55,474 bases of DNA. Source: Octopus bimaculoides. Lineage: Eukaryota. The notes beneath the pieces are model-generated. The model was not told where the DNA came from, did no database searches, and worked only from the letters and a program-made list of their open reading frames with translations. The stretch is taken from NCBI RefSeq assembly GCF_001194135.2, contig NC_068997.1:26902091-26957564 (forward strand). The letters run 5' to 3'. Made by a program: the position numbers and the translations under genes. This document shows positions 25,626-36,316 of the stretch, one piece after another. Within the stretch, counting starts at the first letter, position 1; every line of letters starts with the position of its first letter.

Positions 25626-27958
25626 GTAGGCATGGCTATAAATTTCTTCCTAATCAAATGGTTTCAGGCTCAATCTCTCTGTATAGCATCTTGGGCAAGT
25701 GTTTTCTTCTATGGCCCTGAGCTGACTAAAGACTTGTAAGTGGATTTGACAGATGGATATTGAAAAAGAACATCATATGTGCATGTTTATATATATGTTT
25801 GTGCTTTTGGGGTTGATAAGTACCAGATGAGCACTGGGGTTGATGTAATCAACTAGTTCTGACAAAATTTCAGACTTTATGCCTATCATAGAAAGAATTA
25901 TCTCTTTTTCTTTACAAGCCAAAATCTTTGGTTCATACCCTATATGATCTCAGAGAAACTGAACAGATCAAGGATGTTCAATGAGCTAACATGATACCTT
26001 CAATCTGGTTGCTACAAATTGATATCATGCTGGGACCTACAGTGTACCAGTTAGAGAAAAAAAGAAATATAAAAAAAAAGGGGGGGGGATCTCTGCCTGT
26101 CTTACCTCTGATAGTTGATGCAGCAACCCAAGCACCTCTGACTGCATTGGAGCACTGGGAAAGTTGAACCATTCCAATAAGCGAATAAACAGGTGTTTCT
26201 CCTGAACCAGGTCTGACAGACAGACCAATCCATAGTTTAGTTTACTGACAATGTTTTTCAATGCTCGGACTCTGATTTCTTCCAGTTCATGTCCTGAGAT
26301 GGAAAATGAAATTCATTAATTAACACATGGTACAGTAGAATTTTAGTGAACAAGTGATATTTATGTTTGATAGCGGGATAGTGTCAGTAAACATGCAGGA
26401 TGTGCATCTCATAGTTAGGTAGAGTCAATGAACAGGTGTCGTTATCAGACATGTGTCTGATAGTGAGATATAGCTAGTGAACATGCCTGACGGAGTCAGT
26501 GAACATGATGTTTGGTCATGGAATAGAGTTAGTGAACAAGTGACACTATCAGATATATGTCCAATAGTAAGGAGTAGTTGGTGAGCTAGTGAACATGTGT
26601 CTGATAGCAATGTACAACAAGTGAACATGTACTTGACAGTGTATTATAGCTAGTGAGCAGATCACACATGTATCTGATAGTGGGGATACAGTTAGTGAAC
26701 ATATGTGCCTGATAGTAGTTAACAGGTGAAACATACATCTGATGAATTCAGTGAACATGACATGTCAGACATGTGTTCACTAGCTATATCCCACTATGCG
26801 GTTCATTTTTGATTGCGACATAATGACACCAGATATGAACCCTACTGAACACCTCTGGGGCATGATGGACAAGATATTTCATAAAAAGAACAAGAAAGCA
26901 TCCTCAAAGCCAGATCTTTAGAGATTACTGTATGAAACTTGGCAAGAAATTCCACAAGAGAATATTCATCTGATCAATAACATGCCTAATAGGGTCCTTG
27001 CATTGAAAAATGCAAAGGGCATGTCTACTAAATATTAAATATTCACATTATAACAATTAATACATAATTTAAATGTATAATTTCAAGTTCGAATAAATTT
27101 TAATGATTACAAGGGTGTCTATTTACTTCTGTCATGTCTGTGTACACCAATCCAAGACACTGATGAAGGTAGTGACAACAAAATTCATTTAACAAATGCA
27201 AAGCACAACACTGGTGATAATGAATGCCCTTGTTGCCAACTCTCACCTGTTTCCAAGTAAAGTAATATTTTCCCATGGACAGGCATGCTCTTGCAGAATA
27301 TCAAAATAAATGACACTCCTTATGTGACAGTGATAGCCATTTTACAACCATTATATAATATCAATACAAGGAGACGTCAACATACACCCCACACACACAC
27401 ACACACACGCACACACACACATACATATATATATATAATACACACACACACAACAGGTTTCTTTCAGCTTCTGCCTACGGAATCCACTCATAAAGCTTTG
27501 GTTTGCCCAAGGCTATAGTGGAAGACACTGGCCCAAGTTGTCACACAGGGGGCCTGAAGTTCGAACTATGTGATTGGGAAGCATAGTTTTTATCACAAAG
27601 CTGTACCAGCACAGATACACACACACAGGTGAGCACATAAGTGGAAAAAAATATTCGTATACCAAAGGTAGAATAATATGCTTTTATTAAATCTGCAAAA
27701 TTTTCGTCACAACTGTCAGACGAACGAGAACGTGGAACTCTGAGTAAGCTTTGTGATAATTCTGCAGCTTTAATAAAAGTATATATATANNNNNNNNNNN
27801 NNNNNNNNNNNNNNNNNNNNNNNNNNNNNNNNNNNNNNNNNNNNNNNNNNNNNNNNNNNNNNNNNNNNNNNNNNNNNNNNNNNNNNNNNNNNNNNNNNNN
27901 NNNNNNNNNNNNNNNNNNNNNNNNNNNNNNNNNNNNNNNNNNNNNNNNNNNNNNNNNN

Positions 27959-27995
<37 letters not shown>

Positions 27996-29375
27996 AGTCA
28001 ATAAAAACATATCAGAAAAGAAGCACCTTTGGTGACTCTATGACCAGAGTTTAACTTTTTGTTGTGTGTGTATATATATAAAGTATGTCTGTATGCGTGT
28101 GCACATATATGTATACGCGTGTGTAAATGCATATGTACGTTTAACTCATTGTAATAAGTTGGTTTTACTCGAAAATTTTTGATTTATCAACGCTAAATAT
28201 CCAGTTAAAATTTGTATAACTTCAACCTCACCTACACACCTCACGTAAAGTGAATCAGAGAAAGAAACGAGTCATTGTCAACAGGTATTATTTATCATGG
28301 ACAAGCTTTTTGACAGATCTCATTGACTTCTTCAGACCGTATGAAGAGAAGATGAGGGACGTAGGAATTTTTATAAGTTTATATGTGTATATAGGGACGT
28401 AGGCGTCCGCCCGTACACAAACACTTCAACACGCACACACCCTCTTTCATGTCTATATACAAGCAAGCAGAACCAAGCTTCCCCCATAGCAACCTATATC
28501 TTCGTTTCTCTTTCGGTTCGACATGTCAATTTTGCTAGAATTTTTATTTACAAATCTGCCTAATTGTTTTTCGAACACCATAACAATTTAGCTGCATGAC
28601 AACCTATCGAAATTCACAAATGTTTTAATTTCTGTCGCTTGTTCATACAACTGTTTACCTGTCTGTCTATCCTTTGACAATCTACCAATTTGATTTAGCT
28701 AGTGATTAATCTGGTTTACCGACCAGCCTCTTTACCCATCTATCAAACAAATCTTCCCTAAAACTTCTTATCCATCTCTTTTCCTCCGTATCTACGAGCC
28801 AAAGGAGCTTCTATATGGTTGCTTGACCCGCTGAAAATAACTTCTAAATCTATTTCAAATCCTTCACTATGGCTTTAACACAGACAGAACACCTTGGATA
28901 ATGCAATAGTTTTAGTTATATACTAAGACTAAATCTGGATTAACAAAATACTGGAACACCTTTAATTATATATCTGCCTGAAGAGGGTTTCCTTGGATTA
29001 AACAAAACCTCTGCCTCTATATGTATACACATTGTGAGTCTCCGAAAAAAAACATTGTCAATTAAACATAAACAGCTTTGTTATTGTGTTGTGTGTATGT
29101 ATGTATATACATACATATATATATATATACATATATATGGGCTCGTAATTTCAAGTAGAAACTAAATTTTAATTTCAGTGTTTCAGTTCAGTTCAGTTAT
29201 TTAAACATGTTGAAACGAAATAAAACATAACAGGGAACCATGGGTACCTGACTACTGGACTTCAACTCCAGTTTTCTCTTCCTTCCAATAACATAACAGT
29301 TAATATTTTAACATACGTACCGAGTTTTTGGAAGATTCTTTCAAAGTCCACATCGTCCCGGAGAAGTACGGGCAT
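2116..29375 (-). CDS. RTTN: Rotatin (centriole/basal-body protein), 24 coding exons, 5'-complete, 3'-incomplete (about 1153 aa in window)
   Basis: Spliced translation begins [37 protein letters not shown]...LLEWFNF, which matches my recall of the RTTN N-terminal domain (LGHQLAEIRERALKSI...LLEWFNF). Later motifs [44 protein letters not shown] and LLFDEV are collinear. All 23 internal introns are GT-AG with compatible phases. Confidence 0.95.
2647..3425. mobile_element. Non-autonomous DNA element with 28-bp TIRs spanning the first gap
   Basis: ggatcttgttcaaaatgggggcaccagt (2647-2674) versus reverse complement of 3398-3425: 27/28 identical; flanked by T runs; no ORF. Confidence 0.8.
5045..5242 (-). 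CDS. RTTN: RTTN exon 23
   Basis: (R)[11 protein letters not shown]...[16 protein letters not shown]...SETVV; ttcag / gtaagt; 198 nt. Confidence 0.92.
   Translation of the reverse strand: MQLPIQTSCTSPEYLYLFFGIFHFRSTHAISQRNDSICLELCLASWYQWPCTIWTNFIHIIRNSC
5434..5641. mobile_element. piggyBac-type MITE
   Basis: TTAA TSD on both sides (5430-5433, 5642-5645); TIR cccttttgatac / gtaacaaaaggg (11/12). Confidence 0.82.
6590..6835. repeat. AT-rich minisatellite, ~30-35-bp unit
   Basis: Recurrent aatatacacatcttttaca...tatataaacag units abutting the RTTN exon 22 donor. Confidence 0.75.
6824..6889 (-). CDS. RTTN: RTTN exon 22
   Basis: (A)[21 protein letters not shown]; ttcag / gtgtgt; 66 nt, phase 2-2. 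Confidence 0.8.
7474..7570 (-). CDS. RTTN: RTTN exon 21
   Basis: (V)[31 protein letters not shown]; ttcag / gtatgt; 97 nt. Confidence 0.92.
8011..8320. repeat. Minisatellite, ~51-bp unit x ~6
   Basis: Unit starts at 8011, 8064, 8115, 8166, 8216, 8266: gtaggg(a/g)acaaa..taacatttaaggg...ccctac. Confidence 0.88.
8801..8927 (-). CDS. RTTN: RTTN exon 20
   Basis: [42 protein letters not shown]; tandem acceptor tagcag (start 8927 or 8930) / gtcagt. Confidence 0.88.
9089..9186 (-). CDS. RTTN: RTTN exon 19
   Basis: (D)[32 protein letters not shown]; tccag / gtaaaa; 98 nt. Confidence 0.88.
10016..10216. mobile_element. Degenerate piggyBac-type MITE
   Basis: Right end aatactaaagggttag resembles a CCC/GGG-TTAA terminus; left end eroded. 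Confidence 0.5.
10446..10545 (-). CDS. RTTN: RTTN exon 18
   Basis: [33 protein letters not shown]; tctag / gtaagt; 100 nt. Confidence 0.93.
10964..11138 (-). CDS. RTTN: RTTN exon 17
   Basis: (K)[24 protein letters not shown]...KTSVFN; ttcag / gtaagt; 175 nt. Confidence 0.88.
11668..11807 (-). CDS. RTTN: RTTN exon 16
   Basis: [19 protein letters not shown]...[13 protein letters not shown]; tgtag / gtaggt; 140 nt. Confidence 0.9.
13048..13164 (-). CDS. RTTN: RTTN exon 15
   Basis: [39 protein letters not shown]; ttcag / gtaaat; 117 nt. Confidence 0.92.
13488..13616 (-). CDS. RTTN: RTTN exon 14
   Basis: [43 protein letters not shown]; tacag / gtattt; 129 nt. Confidence 0.9.
14700..14870. repeat. 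Diverged tandem repeat x3 (cacagctatt...tagtaaggtttgaacac)
   Basis: Copies start near 14704, 14772 and 14832. Confidence 0.65.
14924..15053 (-). CDS. RTTN: RTTN exon 13
   Basis: (Y)[43 protein letters not shown]; ttcag / gtaagt; 130 nt. Confidence 0.9.
16768..16877 (-). CDS. RTTN: RTTN exon 12
   Basis: [36 protein letters not shown]+TA; ttcag / gtgaga; 110 nt. Confidence 0.87.
17536..17858 (+). mobile_element. tRNA-derived SINE family B (representative copy)
   Basis: gaaggcacatagtttaatg...gagtttgattct...ttgagcaagacact...ttgctccagt core; second copy at about 4548-4815 shares the tail gtggagtgctca...ttaatttca.gagc. Confidence 0.78.
18098..18310 (-). CDS. RTTN: RTTN exon 11
   Basis: [40 protein letters not shown]...AKVSQV; ttcag / gtaagc; 213 nt. 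Confidence 0.88.
18921..19103 (-). CDS. RTTN: RTTN exon 10
   Basis: [20 protein letters not shown]...LEQLVTIEK; gtcag / gtgagt; 183 nt. Confidence 0.88.
19801..20068 (-). CDS. RTTN: RTTN exon 9
   Basis: (R)[36 protein letters not shown]...AARKI; tgcag / gtaagt; 268 nt. Confidence 0.88.
20898..21063 (-). CDS. RTTN: RTTN exon 8
   Basis: (D)[15 protein letters not shown]...[17 protein letters not shown]; cacag / gtaagc; 166 nt. An in-frame upstream AG exists at 21103-21104. Confidence 0.85.
21355..21505. mobile_element. Retroposon 3' tail family D (representative copy)
   Basis: gcatgggttggacagtttgac...gatttggcat.gttt.ta.ggc..gatgcc.ttcctaa.gccaaccactc. Copies in both orientations at about 1485-1610, 1810-2020, 6040-6150, 11250-11350, 11934-12112, 12140-12370, 21905-22080, 48530-48710, 49425-49640, 55408-55450. 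Confidence 0.75.
22092..22272 (-). CDS. RTTN: RTTN exon 7
   Basis: [12 protein letters not shown]...[19 protein letters not shown]; tatag / gtcagt; 181 nt. Confidence 0.9.
22870..22984 (-). CDS. RTTN: RTTN exon 6
   Basis: (S)[38 protein letters not shown]; tgcag / gtaaaa; 115 nt. Confidence 0.94.
23798..23870 (-). CDS. RTTN: RTTN exon 5
   Basis: (G)[23 protein letters not shown]; tgtag / gtaagt; 73 nt. Confidence 0.93.
24441..24557 (-). CDS. RTTN: RTTN exon 4
   Basis: (D)[16 protein letters not shown]...RAKPGS; tgtag / gtaaac; 117 nt, phase 1-1, low-conservation linker. Confidence 0.75.
25242..25428 (-). CDS. RTTN: RTTN exon 3
   Basis: [21 protein letters not shown]...HYQQACF; cacag / gtaagt; 187 nt. 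Confidence 0.94.
26106..26293 (-). CDS. RTTN: RTTN exon 2
   Basis: (G)[62 protein letters not shown]; ctcag / gtaaga; 188 nt. Confidence 0.96.
26345..26790. repeat. Degenerate minisatellite (agtgaacatgtg.ctgatag units)
   Basis: Many diverged agtgaaca(t/a)g copies; last copy inverted (catgtgttcactagctat). Confidence 0.75.
26800..27142 (+). mobile_element. Tc1-like transposon 3' fragment
   Basis: 26829-27038 reads [11 protein letters not shown]...[34 protein letters not shown] (Tc1 SPDLNPIEHLW...AKGGxTKY), one internal stop; ends in TIR-like sequence + TA. Confidence 0.9.
29321..29375 (-). CDS. RTTN: RTTN exon 1 (start codon)
   Basis: ATG 29375-29373, A at -3; [18 protein letters not shown]+G; donor gtacgt, phase 1. 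Confidence 0.88.
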
Positions 29376-29720
29376 ATTTGAGCGAAGCTATGTGGAATAA
29401 TGCAAGCCATGCGCTGCTGACTACAATGAGCTGTCTGAACACGCTTCAAAAGCTGCGCCATACGATGTGAAAACGATAAAGAGTTCTACTAAGAACAGTA
29501 ATTCATGTGGCGAACTTTTTTTTTTTAACTTTTGAGAACGAAGAAGAGAGAATTTTGAGAGCATGCTGCACGGTTTCAAATCCACTCCCGGTGCAATTTA
29601 TTTGTTTCTATTAAAGTTTGTATGCAAGCAGAATTCTAGTTTCGGTACTTCCAAAGTTTCATCCTTGTTGCCTTTATAGTCGCAAAGTCTTTCGTTTTCT
29701 GGAGCAAAGCAATTTTCGTT
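29340..29720 (-). promoter_or_regulatory. Probable RTTN promoter / 5' UTR region
   Basis: Local cluster of CpG dinucleotides directly upstream of the RTTN ATG, in an otherwise CpG-poor window. TSS not determinable from sequence. Confidence 0.5.
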
Positions 29721-29859
29721 TTTTTTATCTGTTTTCATTTTCATGGTTTAGTGAAGAAGAAGGGGCATAGCTTTGCTTATAGATCTACATCATGAGAGTA
29801 GGACTGACCTGAGGCTAAATAACGAGCAAAAACAATCGACCAAAAGGAAGATCCCAAAT

Positions 29860-30590
29860 TAGTTAGATTAATGCAGTTTAATGTTCAAATATCTGCTGGG
29901 AAAACGCAGAAGGAAAGAAATTCCAGTGGGTTGAGGTTCTTGGAAAGGAAGATTGGAAATAACATTTCAGTGCAAAGTTTGTGGGTTGGTGAGTGATGAG
30001 ATGAGGAAAGAAAGATTTTTTTAAGTGAGCCTGAGAGATATTGTTGTAGTTATGGCAGAAGAGACAGAGTGAGGAGACAATGTATCTGTTGACCAAGTGT
30101 TGGTGTGTGAGTCATTGTCAGTCAACCAGATGGTCTTGTTTTATATGGAACTTAGTTTGTTTTGGAGGTTGGTAATCTTTTATATGTATGCAAGGCAAAC
30201 TGATGGGGTCATGCAAGTACTAGATTTGATGAGACCGAGACCCTCAGCTATAAAAAAAAAAAAAAAAAAAATAGCAGCTCCTGTTCAAGTTTAGCAGTCA
30301 TAGCTTTTTACATTCGAGGTTGGTTTGGGGGGTTCCCTGTTCAGTTGGCATGGAGGATGTTTACAACCATTGGAATGAGAGGTAAGGAGCAAAGGGTGGT
30401 TGAGCGCAGGGTGGAAGAGGCTGCTGAAGAGAGAAGAGTTAAGGTGGAAACCTGGAGGAAATGAGGAGCAGCGACTTGGCCACCTCCGCTAACCCACCAA
30501 TCAGAAGGTGCTACAGTTCAGAGTCGAAATACTCAATGATCATTGGATACTGTCTGATGATGTCAGAAAAAGCACCTCCTTATAGGTGTT
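29860..30590 (-). mobile_element. Degenerate L2/CR1-group LINE 3' fragment
   Basis: SSFPRTSTHWN (typical FFPRTxxLWN C-terminal motif) preceded by a KTIWLTDND (KAIRLI-like) segment; heavily disrupted. Confidence 0.55.
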
Positions 30591-30654
30591 ATTAACACAC
30601 ACACACACATATATATATATGTGTGTGTATATATATATATATATACACACATAA

Positions 30655-30846
30655 GGTGGGGCTGAAATGGCTTTGAGTAAAAGAAAATACAGTAGGATCA
30701 GTTAATTATGATTTTATTTAACATATTCCCCTCTCAGATTCACACACTTATTGCAGCGATCCTTCAGTTTTTCTAAGCCCTGTAAAAAAACTCAGATGGT
30801 TGGGCCTCCAACTAGGTCTTTCATGATACCCTTAAAGCCAGGAACC
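30655..30846 (-). mobile_element. Mariner-derived short non-autonomous element
   Basis: Minus strand LQGLEKLKDRCNKCVNLRGEYVK*, the mariner transposase C-terminus; partial inverted ends (ggcttt / aaagcc). Confidence 0.8.
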
Positions 30847-31791
30847 AAGTAAGTGTTAAGCTAAGAGTTAACTTGACCTCTGACTGGTTTGTTTCATCAT
30901 CTTTTGCACAGCAACCTCAAATTGGATGTCTCTGTTTGTGTAGAATGCTTTGTAGTATTTTGACTGTGTATGCTCAGAGTTCAAACACTACCGAGATCAA
31001 CTTTGCATTTTATTTTTTCAGGGTTGATGAATATGTACCAATCAAAGGCAGTGGATTGGCAGAAGTGTAAAAACACTGGTCCAGATGTCTTGCTGTATTT
31101 GTTCCAGCTGTTTACATTCTGAGTTCAAATGCCAACATGGCCTACATGAATGATAGGCTTAATCCATCACCCAGTTTAACACCACTACATGCCACCATGG
31201 GTACCTAAAGCAAACTTCACTCTTGTTGTAAGCATTTGGGGGCCAAGTCTCTGGTTTGAGAATAACTTCTAGCAACCTTCCATCCCATCATTCTTAGAAG
31301 ACTTGTAAATTATCATTATCATCGATAACTTTAACAATAATAATGGTTTCAAATTTTGGCACAAGGCCAGCAATTTTGTGGGAGTGGATAAGTTGATTAC
31401 ATCGACCCCAGTGTTCAACTAGTACTTATTTTATTGACCCTAGAAGGATGAAAGGCAAAGTTGGTCGAATTTGAACTCAGTATGTGAAGACCGTCACATA
31501 CAACCACTAAGCATTTTGCCTGGTGAGCCAATGATTCTGCCAGCTCAATGCCTTAACTTTAACAATAAAAAAGGAAGCAAAACCATTAACAACAAACACA
31601 ATTTGATTTCTTCTGTGAATTTATTTATTCAGCTTTATCAGATATTGTTAACAGTTTTTCAGAAGCAGTTTCTTTATATATATATATGANNNNNNNNNNN
31701 NNNNNNNNNNNNNNNNNNNNNNNNNNNNNNNNNNNNNNNNNNNNNNNNNNNNNNNNNNNNNNNNNNNNNNNNNNNNNNNNNNNNNNNNNNN

Positions 31792-32235
<444 letters not shown>

Positions 32236-32960
32236 ATTTTTTTTTCAGTTTTAATTTGATAATCAATGGATGGATCAATTGAAATATTCAAAGATAATAA
32301 TAGAAATAACAAAACAACAAAATATGAAATAAACAAAAATAAAATTATTTTCATTTCTTTTTTTCTCTCTTCAAAATAACAGTTTGAGGTGAGATGTAAC
32401 TGAAGATAATCTAAGTTCGTTTTCTGTTTTTTTTTGTTTTTTTTTAAAAAAAAGGTGAAAGACTATTTTTAGCAAGAACTCTGTAATACTGAAGGGTACA
32501 CTTTGAAACTCAACAACTGAAGTACTCTGTCAACAGTATCAGAGGAAAGGAAAGAGGAGGGTTATCATGAAGGTAGAGAAATTAACAATAGAATTATGCA
32601 TTAAACAATAGAGATTAAATATCAGGTTTGATATGGAGAAGTTGTAATGCATATGCATGTGTGTATACATGTATGTGTATGGTCCTGGGTTCACCAGTTC
32701 ATAGGAACACGGTCAGGCCATGGTCAGGAGGAAAAAACAGAAAATAAGAATTGATGTGTGAAGTCTGAGTGTCAATATGTTTTATAAAAAAAAAAATTGA
32801 GTCCAACAGAATACATGTTTTACTTTGCCCTGACTACACAAAATATGGTATATCAGACTCAATGTTTATAATGTAAACATATATATAAAAATCTTGTATG
32901 TATACATATATATATACATACACATATCTATATGTATATGTGTGTGTATGTGTGTGTGTA

Positions 32961-33030
<70 letters not shown>

Positions 33031-34545
33031 TATATATATATACATACACATTTATATGAAAATATATATATACACACACACACACACACATATAAATACA
33101 TACGCATACATATACACACAAAAATTAGAGGGGGAATTAGGGTTAGTAATGCATAGTCAGAAAAGCAATTACAAAGTACATAGCTTTAAATAAACACACA
33201 CACATATATATGTACCCACACACACAAACATACATACACGCATACTGATATATGGAATTATACAGGCAAGTTTTTTTTGTTTTTGTTTTTTTTTAAATGT
33301 AAACAATTTATTAAACATTACACATTTGTATATGCAAGATTTCTTTAACGTAAAATCTTATGACTAGCTCCTCCATAGGAATTAAACTAACATTCATCTC
33401 CTGCTGTCTTATTCAATTAGAGGTCCACAGTTCAATTTCAGCCAAGGACTTCATCATGATACCAACACTTCAAATACTTTGAAATTTATATATATATATA
33501 TCGAGAGAGAGAGATGTATGGTATGATTATCCACACACACACACACACATGTATATAAACCCAATATTTATATAATATATACACATTAAATACATATAAA
33601 CCAAATGTTCGTATATATATATATATATATACACACACACATATATATATAGATATATATATATATATAAATGAAAAACAGATAAGCATATATGATCTCA
33701 ATAATATATTTACACAAAGGGATATGATACACACACACACATGCACACACACACACATACACACACACATGCTGTAATAAATACATCAAACAATATTTAT
33801 ATATATTAAATATATTTAACTTTTGTTTTTTAATTATCGACAAACAAGATATCACATTCGCAAAGTTCTAAGCTACCTGAAAAAAATATAGAATTGGAAT
33901 GCATCAAACTTCTAAATTCCTTTATCTGAAATGTGATAAATTAACAGTGGTTATTGTTATTATTATTATCATTAGTAAGGCAGAATTGTTGGAGTACCGA
34001 ACAAAATACCTTACAGTGTTTTTTCAGATTTGTTTACATCACAAGTTCAGATCCTGCACAGGTCAATTTTGCCTCTTATCTTTTTAGGGGTTTATAAAAT
34101 AAAGTACCAGTCAAATATTAAAGTCAATTACAAAATCTTATGTCCCTCCCCTCATAAATTGTTGGCCTTGTAACTAAATTAGAAGTAATTAAAGGCAGTG
34201 TGCTGGAAGGTAGAAGCATTATAATATCAACTTTGCCATCTGTACTTTAATGATTCAATATAAATAAAGTACCAGTGAATTACTGGGATCAATACTATTC
34301 TCTCAAAACTGCTGTAACAAAACTAGAACCATTATCATCATTTCATTATTATTATTATTATAAGTAGTAGTAGGGCATTGCCAAAGACTGGGCCTCTGGG
34401 TTCCCCTGCATAACATTTCAGCAATACATCTATAACACCGAGATCATCATTGTGCAGTTTAAAACCATGACTGAAAAGTACCAGATGTAATAACTGCTTG
34501 CATTCAATATATATGTGTATATAATGAATATCATAAATAAATAAA

Positions 34546-34585
<40 letters not shown>

Positions 34586-35584
34586 CACACATGCACACAC
34601 ACATACATACATACATACAAATACATCAGACGGCAGTTGGGGTAAATTATAGAAACATTTAATACCAGAAAAAGTGATTAAAAAAATTTAATTTCATGGC
34701 TGTAATATTATAGGGAGTGTGTATTTTTGGAAAACTGAACAATGAAAGAGCTTACACACAATATGAAAACTTCATTCCAAAGGGTTCATGTTATTCTGTT
34801 TTCCTAAGAATTTTTTTAAATAGTTAATGATTTTTTAGAAAATCTTTCTTTAAATATTGTGACTGTATCATGTATATTTTGCAAAAAGTTTTAAATACAC
34901 ACACACACACACACACATATGTATGTATATATATATATATATATATAAACAAATAGTAAATGAGTATATGCATATATACGTACAGGTATGTGCATACCGA
35001 CATCCATATATATATATATATATATGACAAAACCAAAAGCAATCGTGTTCATAAATGACCAGGTAAAAAGCAGTCATATTCATAACAAATTGACCAAAAG
35101 CAGTTGCATTCGTGAATGACTAGACAAAAAGCTGTCATATTCCATAAATGATGAGAAAGAAAAAGTTGCAAGTTAAAAAAAAAAAAAAAAATTTATAAAA
35201 AAAAGCAGGAATGTACTAGAATCAAATAAAACAAGAGAGATAAGAAGAGAGGTTAACAGAAAATAATGAACTTTGCTGAAGAGAAAAACAAATGCAATAC
35301 AGATGGAGATAAGGAAAAATATTTGTAAATATTGATATTGCAAATAATAACAACAAAACAAACAGCAATATGCAATAATGTTTTAAGGCCATTTTTTTCA
35401 GGTTAAGTAGAGGTTAACCTTGTGGTATTCCATGATAGTCAATATAGTTTTCTTTCATGGCTAACACTCTTCCAGTCAACCCTTTTTGTTCATGTAATGA
35501 CATGAGAAGATATTGTGCACCTATTGTGAAACCAGGAGACACATGGTATAACAATAATAAGGATAATAATAACATTAATAATAA

Positions 35585-36316
35585 TAATGGTTTCAAATTT
35601 TGCCACAAGGGCAGCAATTTTGGGGGAGGGGATGAATCGATTACATCAACCCCAGTGTTCAACTGGTACTTATTTTATTGACCCTAAAAGGATTAAAGGC
35701 AAAGTCAACCTTGGTGGAAATTGAACTCTGAACATAAAGATGGGCAAAGTACTGCTAAGCGTTTTGTCCAGTGTGCTAATGGTTTTTCCAGCTCACCACC
35801 TTAATGATAATAATAATAACAATAATAATAACAATCCTTTCTACTATAGGCACAAGGCCTGACATTGTGGAGGAGGGAGATAGGCAATTACATCAACCCC
35901 AGTACTCAACTGATACTTATTTTATCAACCCCAAAAGGATGAAAGGCAACGTTGACCTCAGCAAATAAACCGGGAAGAAATGCTGCTAAGCATTTTCTCT
36001 AGCATCTTAACAATTCTACCAGCTCACCACCTTAATAATAAGAATGATTTCTTACATCATAATAATAATGACAATGATGATGATGATGATTGTTATTCTT
36101 TCAAATTTTGGCACAAAGCAGCAATTTTAGGAGGAGAGGATTAGATCAATTACATCAACCCTAGTACTTAACTAGTACTTTATTTTATTGACCCCAAAAG
36201 ATTAAAGGCAAAGGTGACATCAATAGGATTTGAACTCAGAATGTGAAGAGCTGGAAGAAATGCTGCTGAGCTTTTTATCCAATGTGCTAATGATTCTGTT
36301 AGCTCACTGCCTTAAT
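35585..36316 (-). mobile_element. Three head-to-tail copies of SINE family C
   Basis: Each about 200-220 bp: ggtgagctgg.agaa head, ctgagttcaaat, tttgcctttcatcctt, gtaccagtt body; separated by (aat)/(gat) tails. Other copies (approximate): 3575-3760, 13905-14105, 31345-31560(-), 33975-34320 (two), 39375-39522, 40968-41160, 45745-45880(-), 55310-55400. Confidence 0.85.

Noticed and set aside
30545-30600. CTGATGA-tgtca-GAAA hammerhead-like string
   Set aside because: Helix I pairs only about 3 bp, helix III has a mismatch next to the core, and it lies in a LINE coding relic; likely chance.
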